A DNA stretch of 62,054 bases, filler included, from Choristocarpus tenellus KU-1152 (lineage: Eukaryota; Protista; Phaeophyceae), in NCBI GenBank assembly GCA_964200185.2. It is 10 parts of 10 records of this genome, joined end to end, with 100 filler letters (N's around TTAATTAATTAA, not from the genome) between each part and the next. Parts side by side here need not be neighbours in the genome. Positions count along the whole stretch, not along the records: positions 1 to 9,256 come from CAXNAD020003839.1; positions 9,357 to 12,555 come from CAXNAD020021604.1; positions 12,656 to 15,378 come from CAXNAD020025300.1; 7 more parts are not named here. One strand, given 5' to 3'. The position numbers and the translations under genes were made by a program. The notes beneath the pieces are model-generated. The model searched no databases and had not been told where the DNA came from. It saw only the letters and a list, made by a program, of their open reading frames with translations. Shown piece by piece: positions 1 to 12,789 of this stretch. How positions within the stretch are numbered: position 1 is the first letter of the stretch; each line of letters starts with the position of its first letter.

Positions 1-854
1 ACTATCAAATATTGTACTACTGTCGTCCTAATCTTCGCATCTACCTACTCCTGTGCCCCTGGGGGGGGAGAATTGTTATTTTTAAAGGGGTGTTTGTGAT
101 ACTGGTTTGGCTATATTTCCTTGACAAAGTGGGAATGTTGCGTCTCATAATTGGTGAAATTTATCTAATTTCATAATCAGTCCTAGGTTTTCACAATCGT
201 TTTAAGGCGTATGTTCAAGTAAGTTGTGGTGTTAACAAAGAACGGTGACAACTTGGTTTGCACCATCTCCGACTGGGGTGTTCGTCTTGCTAGTGCATAT
301 ATTTCCTCCGAGTGACTTGTGTACTCCTCCCCCAGGAAACGTGCCTCTTTCTGTCCCACAGCTTACGGGAAGGCTATGCATCCCCTTGGGAAGAGGACTC
401 TGAAAAAGCTCGCATCCTCCTCCAATGATGTAGCTGGAGCAGGGTGAGAATAGTCGACTTTCTTCGTTAAGGATATGCACGGAAAACTGAACGTGTGCAT
501 TGCTTCTCATCCATGGTGTGGTAGATGGCACCTTCCATACCTATGTTGGCGCGTGTTCCATACGAACTTGGACCGACCTCGTCATGTTGTAATACCTGAC
601 CCCTTGCTCCTCTTTCCTATTGGAGAATGTACATGGATTGAATGCACATGGGCTACTCATCATTGTGCTATTACCTTCACCCAGACATTCTTCATGCCTA
701 TCAAGTTGTGACCGATCGGCGCAAGAGTGAAATGACTTGTTTTGACTGGGTCGATACAATCAGTGGAAGTTTTGCTCGCACTTCTACTCCCAATGGTATA
801 TCATACCAGTGCCCATTTAGGTCTTAGTTCCATAATTTTTTCTCCTTCGAGCAG

Positions 855-2478
855 GTACAATGATTTTGCTCAAAGGATGATGGCAAAGATGGGTTGGAAG
901 GAGGGACAGGGTCTGGGAAAGGACGAACAGGGTAGATCCACCTATGTCCAGGTAAAAAAAAAGGATGACAACGCTGGCCTTGGCAAGGAAGATGCACAGC
1001 GGGCCGCCGTGAATGACCAATGGTATTTCAATGCCTTCGACAAGGCCCTCGCAAGCATGGGTGGCAAGAAGAAGAAGAAGAAGAGCATCAAGTCTGATGC
1101 GAAGATAAGGTGACTACGCCACACAACTTACGGCATTGTGTAGCTTATTTTTTGCACGACTCTGACTCTAGGGTAAAGAGGGCTATACTTGTTTTTAACT
1201 ATTAGGGATTGAAAACACCTTCCATTCTTTAGACGGGTTTCCTCCGACAGGACTCCTGCAAAAGATAAACCTGTTGTGAGACCAAGTGCACAGACTTCGA
1301 CAATTTCATGTGTGTAGTATGACCATCGAAAATAAACCCCTGAAAGCTCAGTCTAAATTGTCGTAGTTATTCGCGTTGGTTCTAATCACTAATGTGAGAG
1401 CATTGGCTATTTGTGTGCATTAGAATTGGTATCCTTTGATAGGGGATCGTCTATTCCACATTGCCTGACCATGGTCAAAAACGTATACTGCCGCAAGTGC
1501 GTTTCGGCTTTGTATGGGTTAAAAAGGAGTTGCGATCTGTGTCCTTCCCATGTTGATTTTTCTTTTCTTGTCAAGAGTTGTTTACGGTTAATGTTAAGAT
1601 TATTGAAAATAAACTCACATATGGTTCATATCCTCGTCCAGAATGTGGTCCCTCTGAACAGTGCAATCCCGATAAATATCATACTCACTGACCTCTTCCA
1701 TTGAATATGCGTGTGCTCCCTTTCCCCCTTGGCACCTGGAAGCAGTGAGGAGGGCCAAAATACTATGTCCATGTACGATCAGATGTTCCAAGCAACTGGA
1801 GGGGCAAGGATGGGCATGCGTGCCAGGGCCTCACAGAAGGGAAAATGGTCACGCACAGAGAGCAATAATGCTGGTTTAGAGGCTGAGGTCTCAAACTCTA
1901 ATGTAATGGTGGTCTCCCCCATTACACCTGGGGAGATTAGTCACTGCAATGGCACTAGTGACAACAGTTGTATTGATGAGGGTACAGGAAAGAAAGACAA
2001 GAAGCGCAAGGCTAGTGCTGGTTTGACTGGGGCTAGGAAAGAAGAGGATGGAGTGGAGGAGACGGGTGTATCAAAAAAACGCAAGCGGAAAGATATTGTA
2101 GGGGCAGGGGAGAGTCTGGTCGAGGGGGAGGGGAAGGGGGTTAGTTGGCTAGAAAAGTTCAAGGATAAGGGGAAGAAGCAGTCTCGATCAGAAATTGAGG
2201 GATCAGGAGATGAGGTGGGTGCTGGAGAGGCAGCGGTAGGCAAGGAAGGTAGTTCAATGTCTGAAAGGAAGAAGAAAAAGGCAGGCGCTAAGGCTCTAAG
2301 GAAGGCGAAGAGATTGGCCAGGAAGGAGGATAGGGAAGATGAGGTAGGGGATGGGTTGTCTGTTGGCAGGGATAGTGAGTATGCCAAAGGTGGAAAGGGG
2401 GAGGGGGAGGGGAAGGGTGCAAAGAAAGCCAAGAGAAAGAGGAAGAAGGAAGGGGAGGAATTGCAAACCTGTGGTTGA
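855..2478 (+). CDS. G-patch domain protein, GPATCH4/PinX1-like (nucleolar helicase cofactor family); 5' start uncertain
   Basis: Exon 855-1109 encodes the G-patch FAQRMMAKMGWKEGQGLGKDEQGRSTYVQVKKKDDNAGLG plus QWYFNAFDKAL. A phase-2 GT-AG intron leads to exon 1743/1746-2478 with MFQATGGARMGMRARASQKGKW and a Lys/Glu-rich tail. In-frame ATG at 877; an upstream exon is possible. Confidence 0.85.
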
Positions 2479-4101
2479 TGTGAGGCCTGAGGTAACACAT
2501 GGCATGATATGTTTCATAGTTGTGGCCATGAGGTGATTCACCACCTCTGATAGTTGAAGTTCTTTGAACCAATAAGGAAAAATTGCTGGAACAAGGCAAC
2601 CTTTTCTTACACATCTTTTTCACATTGTACAGGTGTTGTACAGGTGTTATCCATCTGCCACTGAACCTTGCACTCGAATATTGATTCACTCTTGAATATC
2701 AACATAACAAGCTCTTGAAATTCTCTATTTCTGGGTGATTCTCGGGGTAATCGCCACAAAATTTGGAACAAACTTCTTGATAGTGGGTTGAGGTACCTTG
2801 GCAAACTCAGGAGGGTCTATCTTGCAGCTGCTGACCTCCTGGCACTAACCATGATCTTAGTATCGTTATTGTAGAACGTGAAACAGGAAGGTGAGCTGAC
2901 AACCACATGACAGATGTATTACTACATGGTACCCAACAGAATGTGAGTATGGTTTTGTCAGTACAAGAATCTTCAAATCTTAATTTCAAGGGTAGGTGAT
3001 GGAACCAAGAAAGCATGGCTGTTAAGCTAATTCACCTATTCCATAGAACTGTGTCATGCAGAGGAAATATGATACTTGCATCAAACATACACAGGTACAG
3101 GGGGGGTGGAGTGGAGATGATAGTCATGATACGTACTTGGTATTCCAACTGCATCCGCTCTTATATTCATGTGTATTTAGCACAATATTTTTTTCTCTCA
3201 CTGCTTCTCAGCCTGGCTCTTGTGAGGGGAACACATCTGTTGTTTCTTCCCTCCTCAATCCCATCAAGAACTGAAGTGTACCTAAACACGTCCAAGGACA
3301 GAAGCCTTTTGACCTATGGAAGGGCCACTGGAGTGAATTTTGCACCTCAAGCACAGTCAAAATATCGAAACAAGAGTCGAATCACAGAGATGCATGGTAC
3401 GATGATAGCCAATACAGGTGGTCAGATTGCTTGAACCTGACCAGTTTGCTAGATCCCACTCACACATCTGGAGAAGGAAAATTTTGATGATAGGAATCTC
3501 GTCCAAGCACCAGTGTGCTCTACTACACCCATGATGCTCATGCACTACTGTGCTCGTAGTCAACACCAAGGCTCTTTTGTCAACCACAAAAAACGAGGCA
3601 TGCGAGATGGAAACAGCAAATTGCCAAGAAAGTCTATCTAATGCAACAGATTCTCCACCACCACAGGATGAAATGCATGAATATATGTTCGTGCAATATT
3701 TCTCTAGTCCTCCTTGCCCCAAAGATGTCATCACTATATAATGCAACCACAACTCAATGCAGCAAGGCAATGGCTTACAAATTGACCATGTGGTATATTT
3801 CCAAAGAGCTTCCTGGAACATGTTTTCCTCGACCACAGGTACAAGCACCACTCATGATATGCACATGTGCCATATTTTAATAGAAACTTGAGAAACAAAC
3901 AGTTCGGATTTATCCTGATACACCCCTACCACAATCTTGTCCAAGCACTAATCTGGGACAAAGGGCAAGAAGTGAATGCATGAACCAAACCACAACGAGC
4001 ACAATATGGAGGAACAAGAAATTGTTGTCATTCTTTGCCCATCTTGTGATATGTTCTTATGAAAGGTCACATTGCGCTAGAGGAAACCGTGTAAACCATC
4101 A

Positions 4102-5833
4102 TCATCGTTGGCTTTTATCCTTGCTCAGCCCAGCTTCTCCCTTCTTTTCCTGCCTAAGGTCCTCCACTGCATTCCTCCTAACAGCATCCATGCGCTTCTT
4201 GAGACGAGGATCATTGCTGCCACACAAGAGCCAAGGATACGCAGGAGACACAACCATAGGATTGGTTGAGTTGGGGAAGATCAACTGTGTGTAGGGTATA
4301 TCAACTCAAAAAGGATTGTCAAGGGATACTGTAACCTGATCCCAATCCCACTAATATAGGAAATTACCTGCTGGACTCATGGAGGAAGTAGTTGGACAGC
4401 CCACGTACAGCCCTGGAGGTGCATTGGGGGAGGGTGAGCAGGAAATGTAGTGGAAGGGACAAAGTATTATTAGTGTAGGGTAGCAACCCACAACAAGGCC
4501 TATGCTGCATTCTGGACCAATGGGCCTCGAGGTGAGGCATAGAGCCACTAAGAGGGCAGTAGAAAAAATTGAGAAATAAGGAGCTGGGGTCCTACCAAGG
4601 TAACTTTCCAGCAGATCCAACACACCTGACATGTAATATCTCAATCTTCTTTTTCTAGCCAAGTCGGATTGGATGATCTCGCTAATATACACTCTTGCAG
4701 CACCAGGATGCTACACATGGTTCCATATCATGATCTCTCACCCTCCCTTGAGACTTTCTATCTGGGTCTGGTCTGTCACATCCTTGTTCTTATCAAATTC
4801 TCGGCGCAGTAAGAGACGCAATTGGTGTCCCTTTGGGCTCTTGAGTTGTTTGAGGGCATCACCAAACATGTCAGAAATCATTGTTGGGGAGATGGAACGT
4901 GTGAGCCACAACTTATAATCCAAGGAGCTAGTCGACACACAGTGGGAGTAAGGGAGGGAACAAGCGGTGTACGAGGTCACAAGAATCATTACACAATTCG
5001 TGACAATCATGTCGTGGCATTGGGAAAAGAAATGCACCCAATACTGAACGGGTGAGCGTAGCTTTGATGTTGACACCATCATCAAGCCTCTCAAGGATCT
5101 AACAGCACAATATCGAGGAATTGAAATCAGCATGCTTCGATCACTCCTTAGGGGGGAAATATAATAAACACATCAAGAACCTTCGTCTATTGAAAGTTCT
5201 TACCCTGTCGATTTGTTGAACCTATGCCAAACAACGAGATAGATGAACCCGCAGGAGCCTGCCCGAGTTGATGAAACGGCAAAATGTTTTCTATGGCCCT
5301 CACCTTAGAGGCAATGTGATCCACCAAACGCAGGCAATCTCTATACAGCTGCAGATATAGGCAGATGAGGGATCGAAACAAGGAAGGTGCGCAGGTAAAG
5401 GTCAGTGCCACCAGGTACGGCACATCTCGAGTGGAAGATGAGCTTCGGTCCAACCATCAGCATTCTAAAGTATCTCTCCCAGACTAAATGCTATGTTCAA
5501 CCCCGTTGCTATGCAATCAGCACCAAAAGCATAAATCTGCGCCTGAAGAAAGCACCTCGTCTTGAGAGCTACAGACACCCGACCTCAAGCTGTATCAGCG
5601 ATTTACCACCAATTCTGCGATCGAAACTGGCTGATTTATCACGAGCAACTCGTATCTCTAGCTGAAGAAAGAAAATGATTGTGTCCTGCTTCAATCAGCC
5701 GGTCACTTCGGAACAAGGACATGGCAACTCCTAGATAGTTGGACGACAAGAACAACAGGAAGAAGAGCACAAGGTGAACAATTAACAAGGGATTTACCTG
5801 TACCGATGTGCGTTGGATTTGACCGGAGCTCAT
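4102..5833 (-). CDS. Mitochondrial LYR-motif (Complex1_LYR) protein, 5 exons, ~112 aa
   Basis: Exons 5833-5798, 5348-5304, 4839-4742, 4412-4368 and 4216-4102 splice in phase with GT-AG ends. Product: MSSGQIQRTSVQLYRDCLRLVDHIASKSPKGHQLRLLLRREFDKNKDVTDQTQIESLKGGAVRGLSNYFLHESS...; LYR and downstream REF motifs present. Confidence 0.9.
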
Positions 5834-6429
5834 AGTTCCTGTAGAGTACCCACTCTTGCTCTACTAAGAAGCACCTGCGATACTCATTGTCAAGGTTATG
5901 TAACAAGGACAACAATAGTGTTGCAGTTTGTGGTGCAAGACACAAAGAAGCACCATAGAAACAAGCTTTTTCCTCCGGAGGAAAGTTTGTTTGATTAATC
6001 AGTAACAACAAGCGTATGGAATGACAACAACGATGATGATACGTTGTTCATAGCTACTCACAGTCGAAGGTTAAATGAATCGCTCGGCGTAGAATAAAAT
6101 CTTCGCCAAGGGTACGTCCTTGCTCTGTTGCTATTCAACACATTTATCATGGCAATATTTACCGTGGACCTCCAAAGGCTACCCCGCCCAAGTGTTAGTT
6201 ACTGATGATAAAGATTATGTTTTCATACGAAAATGGACAAGAAATATCAGGTCATTGGGGAAGGGGGGAGGAACAAGGAATCTTTTTGCAGTCACTACTC
6301 TGGCGTATGATTTACGTCAATCATGCACGCATCGTGCCAAGGGCTCAAGAAAGCTTGCCTAAGATTATAGTGACCGTAGCGGTATGCGGAGCATTTGAAC
6401 TGACTATAATCTTTTCATTTCGAGGTCTC

Positions 6430-7030
6430 AAACCATGATGATACTGATATCACCACGGAGATCGACCAACGGATACGACATTTGGGGACGCTTCATGAAG
6501 TACCAGTTAGGAAGGATACGATTGAGCAGTTGTTGTATCACTTGGGCTGAAGATTTCGGATGCCCAAGGACAAACTGTTCGGGGTTCTTTTGTATCACTG
6601 AATGACGTGAACACCCAAGATAGACCACTACACTCAGATTCTTATCCGACCCTGCAAGTTCCTCTAGAACTGTATCACTGTGAAACAGAAAAGTACGGAA
6701 CACCCAGCCATACAAGAGGTAATCGTGGAAACTGGATGCAAGAGCATCAAGCCGACTATACACAAACGGTTCCATGGACCACTCTCACTTTCCCAGGAAG
6801 TTGATATTTATTTGGGGAACTTGCAGGGGAGAAATTGGAGGAAGATGGTGGGACTGGAAAAAAGTAGTGTTTCAAGATCCCAGCCAAAACGTGTGTCAGT
6901 TTACTTCCAGAAGACTCATACGATAGTACGGGTGTGTGGAGGATAGAACCGAACACTTCATGTACGCTGGTATATTAAACCGACCCAAGCAGGTGCAGCA
7001 GCTCACAACGTGAAGGTGGTCACAGTAACA
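6430..7030 (+). mobile_element. Degraded 3' fragment of an RTE-clade non-LTR retrotransposon
   Basis: Frameshifted remnants DITTEIDQRIR..WGRFMKY, LLYH*MT*TPKIDHY, ETGCKSIKPTIHKR and GELAGEK resemble the post-RT region of RTE LINEs (EI..RI..AW..F, LLYGC.TW, FGEL.G). Several stops. Confidence 0.6.
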
Positions 7031-9127
7031 ATATCAAAACATACGTGTCAATAATATAATTGTGGAGGTTTGGACCGGGTATGGGGTCTGACAGAAGATT
7101 CCCTCCCTGGTCCTGATGACAGCATTCACATGTTGCAAGTGGGTGTGTGGGACTTTGTCTAATTTTTCCGACATATGACTGTGAATGGATACACCAACCC
7201 CTCATAATATTTGTGGTTCATGATGCTAGAATGCGTACAAACCTCATTTGTTGGAGTTTCTTGGACATGGCTGTGCGGGGCGTTTTCCTTATTTTTCCAT
7301 CTCGAGTTTTTTTCGCATGTCTTTCATTTGTTATTATTTTGCATGAAATGTAAACTAGATTGGAGAACAGGTCTCACATGGAGGCCTACTCCGTAACGTA
7401 TTAAAACCAACCAATCTTAACTGCACTTAATATTGTACCTTCAAAACAATCACCCAGGTCATCCTTATTATGCAGAGAAGTCTACATCCCTAGACGAAAA
7501 GCGCAGGAACAATCAATACTGGATAAATCATTTCAAGACAATGCACCCCAAATGATACACTGGAAAGAGTCAAAGCAATTGAGAGGTAGGTAGGTTTGGA
7601 CTCTTTTACATTCTAGCCACCTTTGCTATCCTGTGCAATACGCTCTATTTCATTGCTCTATACGCACAACGGTGTAAGCGAAAATGATATTCCTCCTTTT
7701 CAACAAAGTCACAGCACAATTCGCAAAGGCTCTTCCTGCAAATAATGCACAAAATGGGATATTTTTGCCCTTTCTCGGGATCCTTAGAATGCAACCTTGT
7801 CTACCTCTAAATTAATTTGGTTCAAAACGAGAAACACCACGGCCTCTTCCTCAACTGTATCCCCCTCGCCCATATAACCAAGATTATTGATTGGAAGATC
7901 CCCAAAAAAACATTTCTGCAACATGAGTGACTTCTTCCACGGCATATGCTAGGTTATAGAGCAAGGTCCCGATAAAGGGCAAAATGTCTCCATTCTGTAC
8001 AACTAAGAAGGTCACAAAAAAAGAACAAAAATTAGACACAAACACGTAGTGCAATCGATTTAGAAAGAAACACGAATTAGAGAGCGACATTATAGTGGAA
8101 ATATTATACAGAGAGGCAAAGGAAGCATCACTTCTGATAGATTGTCATATAGTTGACTTGATAATAAGGAGTGTTACCTTTTGTTCATTTCTGATCCATC
8201 TTCTTGTTGTACAGGTAATGGTGTATGTGGTATAAGTAGAATGCCTTTTGGTGGTTTTGTTGTGTATTTTTCTATCCATCCTTCGTATTTTCTGGTCTTC
8301 ATTACCCCGTTTGTTGTGTTTTGCCTCTCTCCCAATTAATTTGTATTTCCTTCATGACAAACTCTGAGACATGTCACCCTACAAAAGGTTGCACGTATGT
8401 AAAGGTTGGATCTGGTATACTACACTTTGAATCTGGGGCTGACTGTGTGAAGGCGTCAACATGCGTCATATGATGGTTCTTCGTTAGATTCTACAGACTG
8501 TTGTTGTACTGAACACGCAAAAGACGCTTGCTGACCGATGGACAATTTCTTCGTCCATAAATCAAGCACCCCACCCGATATCGAGATAGGCGATATTATG
8601 AAAGGATGTACTTGATCGATATAGAAATATCTGCAATCCACAGTGGTCTCGAGCACTACCATGGCATGATAAGAATAGATTACTTTTCAATATATGTAAT
8701 GTCGCCACACACACACTAGAAGTTGGCACACAACGTTACCTCCTACAACGCAAGGAAAGAACGAGTGACTTGACCGCCACCTTCAGTATACTAAAGTTTA
8801 GAGTTCGGAGAGAAAGGGAAAGGAAAACAAGGTCTTGTATCGGGTAGCGAACGAATATCCATGTTGCAATTCTACGATAGTGATACTGCACCAGACGATC
8901 CGATGGGCGGGATATTTGAAGGTTCCCAAATCGTGGATGGTGATGAAAATTAATATTGAATACGGTTAAGGGGTACCAAAATGGTTCGACCAACGAAGTG
9001 ATGTACTGAGTCACACGGGTGTTCATTGACTTTCATCCCTTCCCCCCTTCCCATCAACCCTCATTCCATTCCTCAATAGCCGTCTGCTCCCTTCTACCCT
9101 TGCTTCGTAACACCAACATAAATCGAG

Positions 9128-9256
9128 ATGAAGACCTCCAACCAAATGTTCCTTGGTGCCACCGCTGCAGCTGTGTCTGCGACCTCTGCCTTCGTGCAGC
9201 CCCTTGGTGGATCCCTGGCTGTCAGGCCCGGGACTGCTGCGCCTTCCGGGCTGAAG
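9128..9256 (+). CDS. N-terminus of a nucleus-encoded plastid protein (bipartite presequence), cut by contig end
   Basis: ATG at 9128 gives MKTSNQMFLGATAAAVSATSAFVQPLGGSLAVRPGTAAPSGLK: hydrophobic signal peptide, TSA-F cleavage (ASAFAP-like), then a Ser/Ala/Arg transit peptide. The mature domain is not visible. Confidence 0.75.
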
Positions 9257-9356
9257 NNNNNNNNNNNNNNNNNNNNNNNNNNNNNNNNNNNNNNNNNNNN
9301 TTAATTAATTAANNNNNNNNNNNNNNNNNNNNNNNNNNNNNNNNNNNNNNNNNNNN
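9257..9356. other. Artificial contig-joining linker N-TTAATTAATTAA-N (also 12556-12655, 15379-15478, 19254-19353, 32771-32870, 35697-35796, 40018-40117, 42910-43009, 53151-53250)
   Basis: Nine near-identical 100-bp spacers with a palindrome that places stops in all six frames. Genes are cut at these points and do not resume. Confidence 0.97.
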
Positions 9357-10773
9357 GACACCAAGCAATCTCGTCGGGTTTATCACCTTTATCCTCTTTG
9401 ATGATTTTGGGGATACTTTAACAGCAGCCCCTCTCTGACAACCTTCCTCTGTTTTTCTTTTCTGGCTCCAACCCTGGTCCAGCTAATTCCTCCGCCTGTT
9501 TAGATGGTGTCGCTCTCCTCTGGCGACAATCGATCTGAAGGTGTCCTTCAGCTCCACAGTTGTGGCATATTCCTTCGAAAAAACAAGGATTAATATGCTT
9601 GATCAGTCCACAATTTAAACATCTTCTATTGGTCCTGATCTCGTCTCTGGTAGGGGATCATGTTGTGATATGGTCCGTACGTTAACCAGTTGTACCTTGT
9701 CCGCCTCCTCCGCTGACCTTCTGTGTTCTCTTCCGTGAGTTTATGGTCCCAGCGGCTAGAGTGCTCCCAGGCTCCCCGCGGTTAGCTCCTCCTTTCCCTT
9801 CAGGTGGAGACTTAGTTACTGCTCCTGCTAATGTCCTGCCCCTATAGTGGCAGGTACATCAATTGTTTTCTCATTCCGTAAGCAAGAATGTTGGGGTCTC
9901 CAAACGATGGGCATGCCCCTTCAGGGACAATTGTTGTGACGACTGCTCCTGGCCCATAGCCAGATTATTGTGGCTTAGGCTCAGGCTCAAGGTTGCAGCT
10001 CCGGCTGCATTGCCTCGAATATCTCCATCATCTTGTCCCAGGGTCCCAGTGCTCAATATTCGGCATGGCATACCAGGTAACCAAAGTATCCCCCTTGACC
10101 CCCAGTTCTTGCTTGTTATCGATTGTACCATGTCCCCATGTCTCCTTAGCCTCCAGCTTCCCATTTGTATCGAAGGTGCAGGGTCCACTTTGTTGGTATG
10201 ACGATGATGAGACTATTGCCCGTTTCAGCTTCCGGTAGCTTATATCGGGTCTTGTGATGAGCTGCATGGGGATCTCGTCCTCCGCGCGTCCTCCGTGGAG
10301 CTGCACGGGGATCTAGTCCTCCGCGCATCCTTCATTGATTCCTCTTTCGTAGTTCCAGTGCGATGTTCATTCCTATTCCTTTAATGTCTCTGTGAGTTCA
10401 GGACGACGTATTTTCGCCGCAAAATGTCTTATAGACCCTTTCGCTGGCATAAACCACCAGAGATGATCTCCATGTTGTCCATGTCTCCACTGGTCGTGCT
10501 GGTGCTCCAGTCCAGTTGGGCAACTACTTCATGTCGTTGAGGCCCATCACCTGCTCCTTTTCTCCATACTACTAAGGCTCATAACCTGTGCAATTTACCG
10601 TGGGAGGTAATGCTATTTATCAGTAGTGAAGACAAGAAGGTGCGAAGTCTCACACGGTTCCACATTGCTGAACGTGCTTACATCGTTGGAATTAGAAGAG
10701 TGACCTTTGTGAGATGTCTTCTCATTGCTTGTTGTATTATTATTTGTGCTTCCTAACTAAGTCAACGGTTACA
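9357..10773 (-). mobile_element. Ty1/copia-type remnant: putative 5' LTR (~10587-10773), half-tRNA-Met PBS (10576-10586), degraded gag with zinc knuckle
   Basis: Minus strand reads TGTAAC...TGCACA, then GGTTATGAGCC, then LPNWTGAPARPVETWTTWRSSLVVY (homologous to the gag start of the 35-kb copia). CCHC knuckle CHNCGAEGHLQIDC near 9530-9570. Confidence 0.7.
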
Positions 10774-11049
10774 TCAAAGTAGTTGAATGCAGAATAAAAA
10801 CACATACATATTCCCATTCATAATCCTAATGTACTATCTCATTAGTTACATCTTTCATATACACAAAATATGGCACACCTCACTATTGTCCTATTTTGCG
10901 CACTCCCCCATGAGATTGCAGACAATGAAGGGTTGCTGGAACTCTCGAACCTAAAACATCTTATTCTGCACAGCTCCATATTCCCAAATCCAAACCTCAA
11001 CCCATGACAATCTCTTGAAGGGAAGTGATTTTACCTTACTAACAAGATA

Positions 11050-12130
11050 ACTCACTTGATTGGTCACTGGAAAAACTCCCAATCTTCGTTGTCGTTCACC
11101 AGATCTATCCGATTTTGGTCCTTCTCCCTTGTTATTAGAAACCATTCCCCCCCATCCGATTCTTCTCCTTTTGGATGTTTGAAGATTCCAGACCCCTTGA
11201 CGATCCCAATTTTCTCTGCGGACATGCGAAGCTTTGATGTCCTATTTTTCCCCGCATACAAAACCAGTAATACGCCCTTCACTCTCCGTCTGGTTTTTTA
11301 TTTGTGGACACTTGGATCGGAAGTGAGGTCCATCACATTCCAAACAATTTGGTTGACCACCAGAGTGTCTGGATTGCCGTCCTGCCACCAGCGCGCCAGC
11401 TCTCACACCAGCCTATTCTGTCCCCTTTTGAATAGAGCGCAGTCGATATATCTTCAGGACTAACGTTTCCAGTTTAGTCCGCCCTTCTACCGACTCCTCA
11501 ATCATCTATCTGGGACAAGATGTCCAGATATTCTTCGCTTAGTGATTTTTGTAGCCAACCCACTCAATCTTCCTCTGTCACGGAACCTCCCAAGCTCTCC
11601 AGCTCCATTATAAGAACCTCCCATCGGTTAATGATGTCAGCAGGATCTCCCCCAGGCTCCAGCACTATGTCCATCAATTGCCATTTCACGAGGTTTCTCT
11701 CCGTTCGTCCAGAATGAGCATAGTTCTTGACCAGTGCAGCCAACGCCTCACTTGGAGATTCTTACATCAGCACGATGTCCAAAGCAGGTCCTGTTGTCGC
11801 CTCCTGCAGTCCATATTGATGGCGTATGTTGTCACATGTGGTGCAGGTACGGGCCCACGTCTGTTGGGAATACTCCAAAGACAGTACCCTCTGGTGTTCC
11901 TTCATTACCAGTGGCTCCCTCCATCCTGATGAGAGAGCGCGTGTAAGAAATGTTTTGCTCCACTTCCTCCACGTTCCTGGTTCCCCCATGAACGCAGGTT
12001 GTTTGAAGGAATTATTCCTTTAATTTCGGGCAAATACGGGTCTAGCCCCCACGACCACCGTATCACTAGCCCCAGCCCTAACCTCGCCCCCTTGCGAAGC
12101 TGATGTCCCATCATACATCTCACCCCCCCC
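11050..12130 (-). mobile_element. Degraded copia-type gag (UBN2-like) with zinc knuckles
   Basis: PAFMGEPGTWRKWSKTF; SPSEALAALVKNY; QLMDIVLEPGEDPADIINRWEVLIMELESLGGSVTEED*VGWLQKSLSEEY; CLECDGPHFRSKC plus a frameshifted second knuckle. In-frame stops. Confidence 0.65.
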
Positions 12131-12390
12131 TCAGGTCATTATCGGTTCTTCCATTCCGTCATCAATGGAGTTTAGACTTGTATCGAATCTTGATCTGGGC
12201 ATCATAGGTTACCTTGACTCCTTCCCGATGATAAGCTAAAATCCAAGTATATTAACTACGCAAGCACGCTTGTAAGAGTGCTATAGCATGTTAAGCTGTC
12301 CTTGAAGATCTAAACAACCAGTTATATTTTGTTTATTAGGTTGTATCACACTTGAGAAGAGGGTGAGACACCATCCCTGGATGGGGCTCA

Positions 12391-12555
12391 GAGTGAAAGT
12401 ATGTTAGAGGGTACGAGTTTAGCCCTGTTTGTCCATTTGGAACTTGGCTTCCCTCGGGTTTTTTTAATGACATTTTCCTACTCCAAAATATTTCGGAGTA
12501 GGTAAAATGCATACGTTATGAAAAGGTGTGTCCGCAACAAGGATATTGACACTTC
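12391..12555. mobile_element. MITE family A terminus, partial
   Basis: gagtgaaagtatgttagagggtacgagtttagccctgtttgtccatttgg matches the reverse complement of 36510-36574. Confidence 0.75.
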
Positions 12556-12789
12556 NNNNNNNNNNNNNNNNNNNNNNNNNNNNNNNNNNNNNNNNNNNNT
12601 TAATTAATTAANNNNNNNNNNNNNNNNNNNNNNNNNNNNNNNNNNNNNNNNNNNNCTGTTCTACATAATGAGGAAATAATCGAGTTATTTACACACACAA
12701 GTCTTGGGAACACCAGTTTCTTTAACAATTGCAAACGCCTCAGCTACGGTAAGAAAACCATCCATGCTGTGTCTACAGGAATTACTAGA

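Noticed and set aside
232-700. Possible minus-strand gene divergent from the G-patch gene
   Set aside because: The region is CpG-rich with some splice-like sites, but I could not build an in-phase model or recognise a product.
1941-2498. Long Ser/Pro/Phe-rich minus-strand ORFs (also 29408-29809 and 21426-21854)
   Set aside because: Antisense shadows of real exons.
8940-9009. Box C (GTGATGA) and box D (CTGA) about 70 nt apart, suggesting a C/D snoRNA
   Set aside because: No convincing terminal stem or recognisable rRNA guide; it lies in a promoter region.
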